A program made the position numbers and the translations under genes. DNA of 64,000 bases, from the NCBI RefSeq assembly GCF_004010195.1, contig NC_057741.1, positions 35,156,202 through 35,220,201 on the forward strand. The letters are read 5' to 3'. Position 1 is the first letter of the stretch; every line of letters begins with the position of its first letter. Positions 50,940 to 63,835 of the stretch are shown here, in pieces. The notes below the pieces were generated by a model. The model did no database searches and had not been told where the DNA came from. It saw only the letters and a list, made by a program, of their open reading frames with translations. Origin of the DNA: Chiloscyllium plagiosum (taxonomy: Eukaryota).

Positions 50940-52265
50940 TATCAGGGTGGTGCTGGAGGGTTGCTTTTCAGGCTGGAGGCCTGTGACCAGTGACCATAAG
51001 GATCAGTGCTGGGTCCATCGCTTTTCATCATTTATATAAATGATTTGGAGGTGGACATAGGAGATATTAGATTAGATTACTTACAGTGTGGAAACAGGCC
51101 CTTCGGCCCAACAAGTCCACACCGCCGAAGCGCCACCCACCCATACCCTTACGTTTACCCCTTACCTAACACTACGGGCAATTTAGCATGGCCAATTCAC
51201 CTGACCTGCACATCTTTGTGACTGTGGGAGGAAACCGGAGCACCCGGAGGAAACCCACGCAGACACAGGGAGAACGTGCAAACTCCACACAGTTAGTCGC
51301 CTGAGGTGGGAATTGAACCCGGGTCTCTGGCGCTGTGAGGCAGCAGTGCTAACCACTGTGCCACCGTGCCGCCCATAAATGGTGAGTAAGTTTGCAGACG
51401 ACACCAAAGTTGGTGATGTAGTGGACAGCAAAGAAGATTACCTCAGAGTACAATGGGATCTTGATCAGATGGAGTTTAATTTAGATACATGTGAGGTGTT
51501 GCATTTTGGAAAGGCAAATCAGGGCAGGACTTATATACTTAATGGTAAGATCCTGAGGAGTGTTGCTTAACAAAGAAACCTTGGAGTGCAGGTTCATAGT
51601 TCCTTGAAAGTGGAGTCGCAGGTAGATAGGATAGGATAGGAAGGTGTTTGGTATGCTTTCCTTTGTTGGTCAGAGCATTGAATATAGAAGTTGGGAGGTT
51701 ATGTTGTGGCCGTACAGGACATTGTTTCAGCTACCATTGGAATATTGTGTGCAATTGTAGTCTCCCTGTTATGGAAAGGATGTTGTGAAACTTGAAAGGG
51801 CTCAGAAAAGATTAACAAGGACGTTGTCCGGGTTGGAGGGTTTGAGCTATAGGGAGAGGCTGAATAGTCTGGGGCTATTTTCCTTAGAGCACCAGAGGCT
51901 GAAGGGTGACCTTATAGAGGTTTACAAAAGCATGAGTAGCATGGATAGTGTAAATAGGTCTTTTCCCTGGGTGAGGGAGTCCAGAACTAGAGGGCATAGG
52001 TTTAAGATAAGGGGGGAAAGAATGAAAAGGGACCTAAGGGGCAACTATTTCACGCAGAGGGTGGTATGGAATGAGCTGCTAGAAGATGTGGTGGAGGCTG
52101 GTACAATTACAATATTTAAAAGGTGTCTGGATGGATATATGAATAGGAAGGGTTTAGAGGGATATGGGCCAAATGCTGATGAGAATAGATTAATTTAGGA
52201 TATCTGGTCAGCATAGATGAGTTGGACTGAAGGGTCTGTTTCTGTGCTGTACACCGCTATGACTG
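50940..52265 (+). mobile_element. CR1/HER1-like LINE interrupted by an HE1 SINE
   Basis: RT remnant 'FIIYINDL' resumes as 'VSKFADDTK' after the SINE. Confidence 0.88.
51067..51374 (-). mobile_element. Full-length HE1-type SINE
   Basis: Nearly identical to 45468-45777. Confidence 0.88.
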
Positions 52266-53064
52266 TATCTGCCATGGCAGGATTCAAATCCAGGTCCCCA
52301 GAATTTCTAGATTAGTAATCTGGTGATAATTAGGGCATCATCTCCCTATTTCTGAATTCTTCTCCCAAAACAGAGTCAGGAACCTTCTGAGTTTTACACA
52401 TCCCTACTCTTGGAGTTCTAACTCCTGCCCCTAACTGTTTATTAATTCCTAGAGCTTCTCCCTGAGTTTATTCTAACTGTACCGAGCCAACCACTAGTTC
52501 TTGATTCCATTCCTTGCAGGACCGCTAAAGATCAGCTCTCCTAACAATGCTGTGATAGCTTTGATATCCCAGTCCCATGTTCCCAACCATACCCTGAGTT
52601 CATCTGCCTTACCAGCCAGGCCTCTTGCATTGAAATAAGTGCAGTTTAATTTGAAGTGTAATCTGTCTTTCTTAAACAGGTCACCTGTACTCCAGAAGAG
52701 ATTCTAATGATCCAAAAATGTGAATCCTTCTGCCCTGCTCCAGCTCCTCAATCATACATTCATCTGCATCAGCCTCCTATTTCTACTCTCACTAGCACTT
52801 GGCAGTAGGAGTTCTTTTGTTCTTATACCACACTATTAGAATAATTGTCATGCTTGAAAAAAAATACGTAAGAGAAGTTGTCTTTACAGTTAGTATGTGA
52901 GGTTCCCATTGTATTCATCAGGCAAAACCTTGAACCTTGAAGTGATTTTAAGTTAAAGAGTAAAAATGCAGCTGATTAGAAAGTTTGATTGCTCTTGTAT
53001 GGAGTCAGCTAGCTTTAATGTGTAAATGGTTTGACCTTCCTAACATACACAACAATTAGGTTTC

Positions 53065-53412
53065 AAGGAGAGGTGATGGCCTAATGACATTATTGCTGGA
53101 CTATTAATCCAGAAACTCAAGGTAATGTTCTGGGATCTTGGGTTCAAATCCTGCCATGGAAAATGGTGAATTGGAATAAAAGGGAAAAATTGTGAGTCTA
53201 ATGATGACCATGAATTGATTGTTTGGAAAAAAAACCCATCCAGTTCACTAATGTCCTTTAGGGAAAGAAGCTGCCACCCTTGTGTAATCTGGCCTACATG
53301 TGACTCCAAACCTTGAGGACTGTGGTTGCTGCTTATCTGCCTCTGAGTAGTTAAGGATGGCAATAAATGCTGATGGAGCCAGCAACACCCTCATCCCATG
53401 AATGAATTAAAA
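53065..53412 (+). mobile_element. Second tRNA-derived SINE family
   Basis: GGTTCAAATCC B box; tail GGCAATAAATGCTG...CATCCCATGAATGAAT resembling the 3' end of the LINE at 5870-7925; another copy at about 54620-54972 (-). Confidence 0.65.
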
Positions 53413-53750
53413 GTAAATAATGGAGCCAATTGAAAAAGAGAGAGAGAGAAATAAACTGAGCAAAAACATTTGCAGGAGGATAGTGTAAAGCATTATTTTT
53501 ATTAAGAAGCCTAGCAATAACCTATCTAAATAGTTATTATATGTACATTAGATCTGACACATTCATTTGACTTCTGTAACTCAATAGGATGGAGAATACA
53601 GTTAAACTAGTTGGCTTAATGGAACATATGTATAATAATAATTGTGACAGTCAGTCAGTCATTAAGCACGTGAGAGACCTTTATATCTCAAAATCACCTA
53701 AAATGATGTTAAAGAGGCTGTTACTCTGATTCTTTGGACATTGTACCTGG

Positions 53751-53977
53751 TTGAAACTTTATTGCTGGAACAGCACAGCAGGTCAGGCAGCATCCAGGGA
53801 ACAGGAGATTCGACGTTTCGGGCACAGGCCCTTCTTCAGGAAATGAAGATTCCTGAAGAAGGGCCTGTGCCCGAAACGTCGAATCTCCTGTTCCCTGGAT
53901 GCTGCCTGACCTGCTGTGCTGTTCCAGCAATAAAGTTTCAACTTTGATCTCCAGCATCTGCAGACCTCACTTTCTCC
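53751..53977. mobile_element. Short fold-back Penelope-derived element with 13-bp TSD
   Basis: TSD ACATTGTACCTGG (53738-53750 / 53978-53990); perfect 93-bp inverted repeat 53750-53842 / 53850-53942. Confidence 0.85.
53847..53886 (+). ncRNA. Minimal type I hammerhead ribozyme motif (PLE type)
   Basis: AGAUUC-CUGAAGA-A-GGGC(CUGU)GCCC-GAAAC-GUC-GAAUCU: 6-bp stem I, intact core, 4-bp stem II, palindromic ACGU in place of stem III; predicted cleavage after C53880. Confidence 0.75.
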
Positions 53978-54619
53978 ACATTGTACCTGGGAATCATTTA
54001 CATGGATTCTGAAACGCTTCCAAATATAACAGTGATGGAGGGGTATTAAAGTGTGCTGCTATTCTTCTTACTAATTTGGGTTACAAAAGTTAAAATTGAT
54101 GGGAAATTCCTCCTTCCGTTCAAGAAAATACAGTGAATTTCTTCCACATACACCGGAGGGAGTTAATTAACTACTTTTATTCACTCATGGGATGTGGGCA
54201 TCACTGCCTGGGCCAGCATTTAATGCCCATCCCTAGTTGCCATTGAGAAGGTGGTAGTGAGCTGCCTTCTTGAACTGCTGCTGTAGATAGACCCACAATG
54301 CCATAACGGAGGCAAGTCTAGATCTTCAGTCTTATACACTTCCAGCTAATCCATGAAAGACTGGAGATTTCAGAATGGAAAGGGAGAGGACCATGCCTAT
54401 ATTTCAAGTTCTCAATTTGAATTCAGAACATCAATAAAAAACAGTTGGCAGAGCATCTCTGTAAAAGGGCTAAAGGAAATAACCTTCTCGACAGCAATTT
54501 CCCATTTTTCTATCTCAGATTTTACAGTTTTTAATCCCTGCTGACAGACAGGAAAAGACAAAAAACTGAGAGAAGTTCTCCCACTGAAAGGTGAAAGGTG
54601 AGAAAAGGCATTGTACTGA

Positions 54620-54972
54620 TTTTTTTCTCTTTATTCTTTAATAGGATGAAGGCATCACTGGCTAGGCAGCATTTATTGCCCATCCCTAACTGGCCAGAGG
54701 GCAGTTGAGAGTCAACCAGTTTGTTGTGGGTCTGGAGTCACATGTAGGCTAGACCAACTGAAGATGGCAGTTTCCTTTCTAAAGGATGTTAGTGAACCAG
54801 ATGGGTTTTTCCAACAATTAGCAATGGATTTATAGTAGTCATTAGATGGTTAATTCCAGATATTTATTGAACTCAGATTCTACCTTTTGCCATGGTGGGA
54901 TTCGAACCTGGGTCCCCAGAACATTACCTGTGTCTCTGGATTAACAGTCCAATGATAATACCACTAGGTCAT
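54620..54972 (-). mobile_element. Second tRNA-derived SINE family copy
   Basis: Reverse-complement homolog of 53065-53412. Confidence 0.65.
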
Positions 54973-56264
54973 CTAGGTCAGCCAGTTGGATCTCCTAGAA
55001 TATGAGTTCCCTGATTGGAGCTGTTGATCTGGTCCCATCAGGGAATCCTGGTTGACAGATAAAAAGGGGGAGTGTCAGCGATACTGACACTCTGGTGCCT
55101 GACTCTGTGTGAGGCAGTACTATAGTCAAGGACTGTGTGTAAGTAAAGGGTAACTTGGTGAGAGGATACTGGCCTCTGTGGACCTATTTCAGGCATGGTA
55201 TGGGAAGAATAATAAAATCCAGAAAATTTCACTAGAGATGGAAGAGTTTGAATATAATTTAGAGTGAAGTAAGGTATTGACTCTAACATAATCTCTAGTA
55301 AAAGATCATCATACACTTGAAAAATTGTTAGGAAGGGTTTAGAGGGATATGGGCCAGGTGCTGGCAGGTGGGACAAGATTGGGTTGGGATATCTGGTTGG
55401 CATGGACGAGTTGGACTGAAGGGTCTGTTTCCGTGCTGGACATCTCCATGACTCTATGACTCTACAACTGTGAGGGAAGCATTTCAGTCCCTTTCTTCCG
55501 AGTACAACTGGAGAAGGAGGTTGTTATTCCTGGACAAGAAGAGGCTGAGAAGAAATTTGATTGAGATGTTCAAAATTGTAAGCAACCTGGGCTGAACAGA
55601 TACTTGAGACCTAATGGACACCCAATTTAAGGTGATCAGTGAAAGAACCAAAGACAAGATTCAGAAGAAATCATTGAGAGACTGCCTGAAAATGTAACGG
55701 AGACAGATTTAATCATAGTTTCCTGAATAATTACCTGAACAGAAACTATTTTCAGGATCAACAGGGAAAAACTTGGACGAGATCAATTGTTTTGGACAGA
55801 GAAATGGCATGAACGCAAGAGTATATAGTCTGCTGTTGTGTGGTAACCATTTTATAATTCATTGTACAGTAAAAATGTACTTTGATTCTTTCATTGGACT
55901 CATTAGACAATAAGAATAATGTATAATATTTCAACTGCAGGTATTTCTGTCAACACTATAAATATCTGTTGAACTATTTTACAATATAGTTCTATTTTCT
56001 ATTTTCACATCAACTGTTTATAGTTTCTGGCATGTCCTGCTTGTACCATATTTTGGAAAGAAAGAATTACATTGCTTCAGTTATGCAAATAAAGATTTCA
56101 GTACATGCATGATTTGCATCCCTATAATATGTTTGGACACATTGTTCGGGAAGTTTATGTCAATGTCACACAACTTAGGCTTATTTTTGATAATTAAACT
56201 GTGTGTTTGTTTGTTCATAGACCACAGAATCTTTCAAGTTGTCAACACCAACTACTCAAAACAC

Positions 56265-56592
56265 AGAATCTCTACAGTGTGGAAGAAGGCCATTCAGCCC
56301 ATCAAATCCATACTGACCCTCCAAAGAGCATATTACCCAGATTATTCGACTGCAATGCATTTCCCATGGCCAATGCACTTAGCCTGCACATCCCTGGACA
56401 CAATGGGTAATTTAGTATGGCCAATATGCCTAACCTGCACATCTCTGGGCAGTGGGAGGAAACCAGAGGACCCTAAGGAAACCCATGCAGCCATGGGGAA
56501 AATGTGCAAACTCCACATGGACAGTCACCTGAGACTGGAATTGAACCCAGGTGCCCAGTGCTATGAGGCAGCAGTGCTAACCCTGTGCCAAC
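56265..56592 (-). mobile_element. HE1-type SINE, diverged
   Basis: Family head and tail. Confidence 0.75.
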
Positions 56593-56889
56593 ATGGCAAC
56601 CCTATTCAAAGAGACATTTTAAATATGAGTTGTGGTGGCTCATGTCAGGTGAAAACTAACTATAATTCATGTCAGGCAATGGTCCTTTTAAGAAATAAGA
56701 TTCTGTACGGTCTGATTTCTGGTGAAAGGTAGCTGGCTTATTGTGAACGATCATGTGACCAAATTGCCTAGGAGATAGTGTAGTGATTGGAACCAGATGG
56801 ACCTTGTTGACTATGAGGTCGTTGATTGAGGTTTTAAACTGGGCCAATCAGGAAAGCCCCGACTGACAGATATAATCAGGGGATAAACA

Positions 56890-57300
56890 GGGCCAGGTAG
56901 TTGGGGCTGTTATGGCTGATTGCCTACCCCTATTCTGGGGTTATGTTTGAGCTTGGGTGTCTCTGGAGAAGGAGCATGTGGTGACTACCAACACCCTTGA
57001 GCTGTTCAGGGAGAGGTGGGCACTGTAGGGAGTGGAGTGTTTTATTTCCCCCTCCAACTCTATTTTGATTTAATCCCTGCCCTCCCCTTCACTGTTTGAT
57101 CATGCAACATTGCCCTCTGAGGAAGGGCACTGCTTGTTACTGGCCACTTGGGTGTCTCTTTCTTCCTGGTGGTGGAAACTGATTAAAGATTTATACACCT
57201 GTTGTCTTTCACTGTGTCTGATACCTGCACACACACAACTTGGGTGCTGGGGAAAATATAAGCACTACTGCAGTTGGCAGTAGTGTAGGGGTTTCAAAAC
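56890..57300 (+). mobile_element. L1/Tx1-like LINE 3' fragment
   Basis: Remnant 'LEKEHVVTTNTLELFRERW' followed by a 3' UTR and A-rich end; appears inserted into an LTR-like element. Confidence 0.45.
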
Positions 57301-58689
57301 AAAACCCAGAGATCAAAAAAAACTAACAAGGGACCTCAGTTCAGAAAAAAAAATTATAAACAGGAGATTTGATTCTCCTCAGTTCAGGGGATTGACTGAA
57401 CTGTCTGGCCAATTACAGCCAGTGTTTTGTGCACTAGTTAATAAAGGATGACTTGGTTATTTCATAAACTATAGAGGAAAAAAGAATTAACTAGTTAGTT
57501 AAATGGTGAGTAAATAGTATGTAGTGATATAGGAACATAGCACTTAGAAGCAAGAACAGGCCATGCAGCCCTTCAGAATTGATATCAATAAGAGCAGGCT
57601 GATCTGACTGGGCCCTCAACTCTATTTTCCTGTTTGTATTCCTTATTTATCAAAAATCTATCTAACTAAACCCTGAATAAATTGAATGATGCAGACACTC
57701 TGGCTTCTTGGGGAAGAGAGTTCCTCAGACTAATGACAATGAGTTAATTGCTCCTGTGAAGTACTTTGAGACAATTTACTATATTAAAGTAACTATGTAA
57801 ATGCAAGTACCTTTTGTTTCTCTAAACCCTGATGGTAAATTGACAACTTCTCCTGGTGCTCAATTCATATTCCAGCAATGTGGCACATCATACACAAATC
57901 CCAGGGCAACTGGGGCAAATTTTAACTGAATATCACCATTGGAGAAGCTAATAGGAAGTGTACAATGTATCAACTTTTCCTTCTCTCTGGTCAATACAGG
58001 GTAATAATGGGCAACAATATAAAAGCACACTCCCAACCAGTCCTGAGTTGGGGGTTGCCACCTGCTAAATCAGGTCAAAATTATCCATGAATTATCCAAA
58101 ATTAACCCAATCCCATACCCCACAAAATGACTGCCAGTATTTACTTAACTGCTGGAAAGAAAATCTGGATTGTACATTGTGTACAAAATAACTAGCGTGA
58201 GTTTCAAACGAGTGATCACACTTATTCATTCTGACTTGTCATACAAGTTCTGGCAAAAGTAGGGGAAAGTTGACAATGAACCTTGTTTGGTGAGGTATTT
58301 TGGTTTATGTGCTAACACAGAGAGTTGCATTCATGTTTTCCATTAGACTTCACCGGAAGAGACAACTCATTAGCTTGTTAATAAAATTGATGTTCAGGAC
58401 TGTATTCACATTTCATTGTGTTATCATCATCACCATGTGGAACAATAAACCAAGATAACCAAATTTACTACACAACAACCCCAACAAACAATCAAAACAA
58501 AGGATTTCACCTTTTGTGATTTATAATTAAACACAAATCAAAATCAAAACATGATTTAAGATACAAATTATACATTAAAAGAAGGCATGTGTTACTTAAA
58601 CTAGTTTACACATCAAAAGGATGTTGTGCATGGGGAGGTGTTAGGATCAGTCATTAATGATTGTAATGCTATACTCTTAGAGAAATCCA

Positions 58690-60070
58690 AGGTGATCATG
58701 GTTTTATGAAAGGTTTTATTAAATGATCATGTTTATCCAATTTATTGGTGTTCTCTGAAGGAATAATATTCACCATGGACAAGGAGGAGCTCTTCATGTA
58801 TTGTACTTGGACTTCAAGAATGCAATTGATGAGGTGCCAGTGTAAAACAATTATCCCTCAATGTAGAAGCTGTTGGAAAGTGTGGTGATATGCTACCATG
58901 GATGGTAAATTGACTAGCTGGCAGACATCAAGAAGTATGATAAATAGATCCTTTTTGTTTCTGAATGGGAGGATGTGAGATCCCTCAGGGATCTCTGCAG
59001 GAGCTTCAACCTTTTAAGAATTTATGCCAATGATATAAATAAGAGGAGCAAAGGCAGAATCAGCAGATTTACAGATGAGACAAAGATAGAGAGGAAAGCA
59101 CATGCTGAGAGGGAATAAGCAGATTGTAGAGTGATACAAATAGGTTGAGTGATGGGCAAAGAAATCTGGCAGATAAAGTATGAAGTTGGAAAATGTGAAA
59201 CAGGTTACATTGTCAAGAAGAACAAAGCCACGGTGCATTCCCTAAGTGTAGAATGACAACAACTTTCTGAGTTGCAAAACGAACGAGATGTTCCAGTGCA
59301 TGAGCATGCAGTCCAGCAAGTAACTAAGAAGGCAAATGGAATTGTATTCTTTCTTATTAGGGGAATTGAACATAATAATAAGGATGGTCACAGCTCTTGT
59401 GATGCAATGGTAATGTCCCTCCCTCTGAGACAGGAGACTTGGGTTCAAGTCCTACCTGCTCCAGAGGTGTGTAAGACAATCTCCGAACAAGTTGATTACA
59501 AAATATCTGAAAGTAGGGGTGTCATTACACTTACACAGGTCATTGGTGAGATCACATCTTGAACACTATGCACAATTGTAGTGTCCCAATTTAGGAAAGG
59601 CTGTAAATATTTTGGAAGCAATTCAGGTGAGGTTTTCTAAATTGAGACTGGAATTAAGCAGGCTGTCTTATGAGGAAATGTTGGAAAATTCAGCTTGATT
59701 TCAGTTGAGTTTAAAAGAGCGAAGATGATTTGAATGAAGCACAGTAGCTAGACATGGAAAGGATGTTTCTTCTGGTGGATGAATCCAGAACTTTGGGTCA
59801 CTATTTTAAAACTAGGGGTCACCCTTTTAAGGCAAATGAGTAGATTTCCTTTTCAGAGGGTTGTGAATGCTGCCTCAGAAGGGGATGTTATAGAGATTTT
59901 TAAGATGGAACAAGGTAGCTTTTTGTCAGGCAAATGGATCAGAGATTTTCAGGAGAAGTTGGGATGGTGGAATTTGCAAATTCAAAACACAAATAGATCA
60001 TTGAATTAGATTTGATCTCATTGAAAAGTTGAATAATCTAGAGAGGAGTAAATGGCCTAATTTGTTTCTA
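58690..60070 (+). mobile_element. Old decayed CR1-like LINE
   Basis: SNLLVFSE and PQGS remnants, FQRVVN near the 3' end. Confidence 0.6.
59392..59508 (+). mobile_element. Short tRNA-like SINE (third family) inserted in CR1
   Basis: A/B-box-like GTGATGCAATGGTA...GGGTTCAAGTCC; homolog at about 31120-31200 (-). Confidence 0.55.
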
Positions 60071-61574
60071 ATATGAATATTATATATATGTAAAAACATG
60101 GGCATTCCCCTTCAGCACAAATGGCATGACTTGGCTCCGCAGTTCTACAGTATACTATTCATGCAGCATAGATCAGGTATCCTATTCCTCAACAGCTGTC
60201 TGCTCTGAGTTTTACAGGTCTAATTATCATCATATTTCTCTGAGTGTCCTCACCCTCAAGTCATAACAATACTGATGGTGTAGCTTTCTTAGTGACCTAA
60301 CTAATAATACTCTGGTACATAAGTTGCTGAAAAAAATGTAATTCAATAGCATCTCTGAGCTATTCACATAGCTTTCCAGGTTATATGCTTCTTTAAGGCT
60401 AACTAAATCTGTATATCAAAGAGCTCTAATCTCTCTTCTGATCAAACAGAAAAATGAGAGCTGGGCTCTCCTCCTCAAAAGATTTCAGTATGTTGCACTT
60501 TCTATCTCTCCTCCATCTGTGTTTTTAGCTTTCAGTTCTCTTTTGCATCTTGTCACAAAGCAACTTTCATAACTTGTTCCTTTTGGCACTGCTTCCAGAC
60601 CAAAGGTTGGCAAGTCACTGAAGAAAGGTACAATCAATTCCTTTGCAATTAATAAAAATTCCTAAAAAATGTTTTCCAAATGCCTCATTACGATAATTAA
60701 AAGTTACAGACAATTTTTAAAGAAAACCATATTTTCTTAATGCCTTGCTTCTGGCAGCTGTCTTGTTCGTTCTGCCTGGTCATACAAGTTCTGGCAAAGT
60801 AGGAGAAAGTTGACAATGAACCTTGTTTGGTGAGGTATTTTGGTTTATGTGCTAACACAAAGAGCTTCATTTAGGTTTTCCATTAGATTTCACCGGAAGA
60901 GACAACCCACTAACTTGCTAATAAAATTGATGTTCAGGACAAGATTGTGCTATCATCACCATATGGAATAATAAACCAAGATAACCAAATTTACTACACA
61001 ACAACCCCAACAAACAATCAAAACAAAGGATTTCACCTTTTGTGATTTATAATTAAACACAAATCAAAACCAAAGCATGATTTAAGATACAAATTATACA
61101 TTAAAAGAAGGCATGTGTTACTTAAACTAGTTTACACAACAAAATGATGTTGTGCATGGGGAAGCATTAGGATCAGTCATTAATGATTGTAATGCTGTAC
61201 TCTTAGAGAAATCCGAGATGATCATGGTTTTTTGAAAGGGACATCGTGTTTATCCAATTTATTGGTGTTCTCTGAAGGAATAACATTCACCATGAACAAG
61301 GAGGAGCTCTTCATGTTTTGTACTTGGACTTCAAGACTGCAATTGATGAGGTGCCAGTGTAAAAGATTATCCCTCAATGTAGAAGCTATTGGAATGTGCG
61401 GTGATACGCTACCATGGATGGAAAATTGGCTAGCTGGCAGAGATCAAGAAACAATGAATGAAAATTCCTAAAAATGTTTTCCAAACACTTCATTAAGATA
61501 ATTAAAAATTACACAGACATTTTTTTAAAGGAAACAAATTTTTCTTAATGCCTTACCTCTGTCTGCTAAAGGGA

Positions 61575-61738
61575 TATCAGCGTCAAAAAGTATGGCACTG
61601 GAAAAGCACAGCCAATCAGGCAGCATCCAAGAGCAGGAAAGTCAACAATTCGAGCATAAGCTCTTCATTCCTATGCTTTTCCAGCTCCACACCTTTTGAC
61701 TCTGATCTCCAGCATCTGCATTCTTCACTTTTTCCTGC
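61575..61738. mobile_element. Degenerate fold-back PLE-terminus element
   Basis: Inverted arms GGAAAAGCA / TGCTTTTCC and family end TGATCTCCAGCATCTGCA. Confidence 0.6.
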
Positions 61739-62587
61739 TAATGGGGTATGACAATTGTTTTGGGAAAGTTACTGGTGGGTCTCAGCATTTCACAGGCAAA
61801 TCTGTCCTATATGTCCTACATCTACATGTCAAGTATTCCTGTTATATATTCTCATGAGCACTGTTACAATTGAAACTCCTGTGTAAACCTGCCATATTGA
61901 AATGAAATGGTCACACCAGCACTGAGACATCTTAGGACCTGTGACAATACTTCAGAAAACACATCTGCTGGAACCAACTCCATTTCTCTGCTTCCCAGCT
62001 GCAGTCATTCTTTCATATTGTTGCACATGCTTATTCTTCATCATTGAAGATGACCATAACATCAATTGGAATTCATAAGGTTAAGTTTCAGGTACAATAC
62101 AAAGACAAATCAGTCCAGGTTGAACAAACACAAAAAAAATTTGATGCTTACACAAAATATCTCACTAATTTAAACAACAGATTATGCTGTTTCACAGTAT
62201 TATAATTGGAATGGAACTTCCCTCCAACAAAATTCTACTGTCAGGTCAAAATGATGTTCTGTTTTGCACATAATTGAATAACATGAAGTATGGATTTCAG
62301 TGCTGGTGTGATTTCAAGAGTCTAGGCCAATAATCCAAGTGATTGGTTGACCAAATTAAACAGCATGTTCCTCTTCAGTTGTTCATAGTACATAGTGGAC
62401 ACACTATAGTCAACTAGACTGCACTTGTAAAACTCAAAACAAATTTGTAATGTTACATGTGATTTTTTTAACTGGGAAGCACTTACTGATCAATCCCAAA
62501 CGTATTAATCCCAACAACTCATTTAAGATGTTCAATTTATGCCACAAGCAGCTGATTTAAGCTTCCGAGAAGCAAAATTAACATGTA

Positions 62588-62710
62588 GTCCTGATGGAAG
62601 GTTCCGATCTGAAACATCAATTCCCCTCCTCCTGTGATGCTGCTTGACCTGCTGTGCTTTGACCAGCTCCACTCTGACTCCCCAGCATTTGTAGTTCTCA
62701 CTATCTCCGA
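62588..62710 (+). mobile_element. Degenerate PLE-terminus fragment
   Basis: CTGATGGAAGG...GAAACATC followed by the family 3' end. Confidence 0.55.
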
Positions 62711-63603
62711 GTTAATATGCAGGGATCCATTCTCTGTAAACAAAAGAAATATAGTCAAATCTTCTAACATTTTTTGAGTTACCTAGGTGTTTAAGGAGTC
62801 TATTATATCTTGATGTTTTCTCCATGGCAATTATTTGGCCAAATGGATTCAATTTGCCAACCAGCATCCTTTGCTCCTATGTATAAATTGCTAGGTTTGT
62901 TTGAAACTTGGCATTCTTGAGTTTTGTCCTGATGAGAACATATCAAAAGCTTTCAGCAGCATGTCTGTTTCTTCGGCAACTAAAAAAGTCATTTAGATCT
63001 GGAAAAACTACTTGAAAAGATGGTAAAAGCAGATTTCATCAAACGAATCAAAATACATTTGGACACAAGTTTGAGGACAGTTTTATCTGAGGTTTAGAAC
63101 TTTATTAGATAGCTGTTACAAAAAGGTCAACACAGGAATGATGTGTTCAAATGTTAAGAACCTGTGATTGTATTCCATTAAAAACTAATGATATCCACCT
63201 GCTAGGTATTCCTCAGAATTGAATCTCACTTGATACTATCCCTTCCCTGAAAGTTTCATGGTTACTCGGTTTGTGTTCAAAAATGTCTTGTCTTGTCACC
63301 CTGCTCCTGGTGCAGTGGCAAAGTAAAAGCAACTTAAAAGGATTTCGTGATCAGATAAAGAGTTCTAAATAGTGACATAGAAACACAAGGCTTTTTACCC
63401 CCTAGAGCCTGTTCCACTATTCATTGACTTGATAGCAAAACCTCAACCTAACACCATATACCCTTGGTTAGCAAAGATCCATCAAACTCAAGATTTATAA
63501 TGAACACCATTTACTGTTTGTAGACTGGAATTTAAACTTCTACCTTACTTTGTGTGTAAATGTGTCTTTTGTTCCTACTGGTGTTCTAAAATGTACTTGA
63601 ATA

Positions 63604-63835
63604 GGAGCAGCACGGTGACTCAGTGGTTAGCACTGCTGCCTCACAGCGTCAGGGACCTCGGTGCGATTCCAGCCTCGGGTGACTGTCTGTTTGGAGTTTG
63701 CACATTCTGTAATGTGTGGGCTTCCTCCCACAATCCAAAGATGTGCAGGTTAGGTGAATTGGCCATGCTAAGTTGCCCATAGTGTTTTGGGGTGTGTAGG
63801 TTAGGTGCATTAGTTAAGGGTAAAATAAGGAAGGT
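63604..63835 (+). mobile_element. HE1-type SINE
   Basis: Family head GCACGGTGACTCAGTGGTTAGCACTGCTGCC. Confidence 0.78.

Larger units (their letters stand above)
58221..61561. repeat. Local diverged duplication: about 58221-58934 repeated at 60762-61450, and 60655-60753 repeated at 61461-61561
   Basis: Long shared runs such as TCATACAAGTTCTGGCAAA and AACCAAGATAACCAAATTTACTACACAACAACCCC. Confidence 0.88.

Noticed and set aside
53721-53957. Same peptide encoded on both strands
   Set aside because: A trivial consequence of the palindrome; no evidence of coding function.
56109-56732. 207-aa ORF
   Set aside because: Mostly an antisense HE1-type SINE with no recognisable domain.
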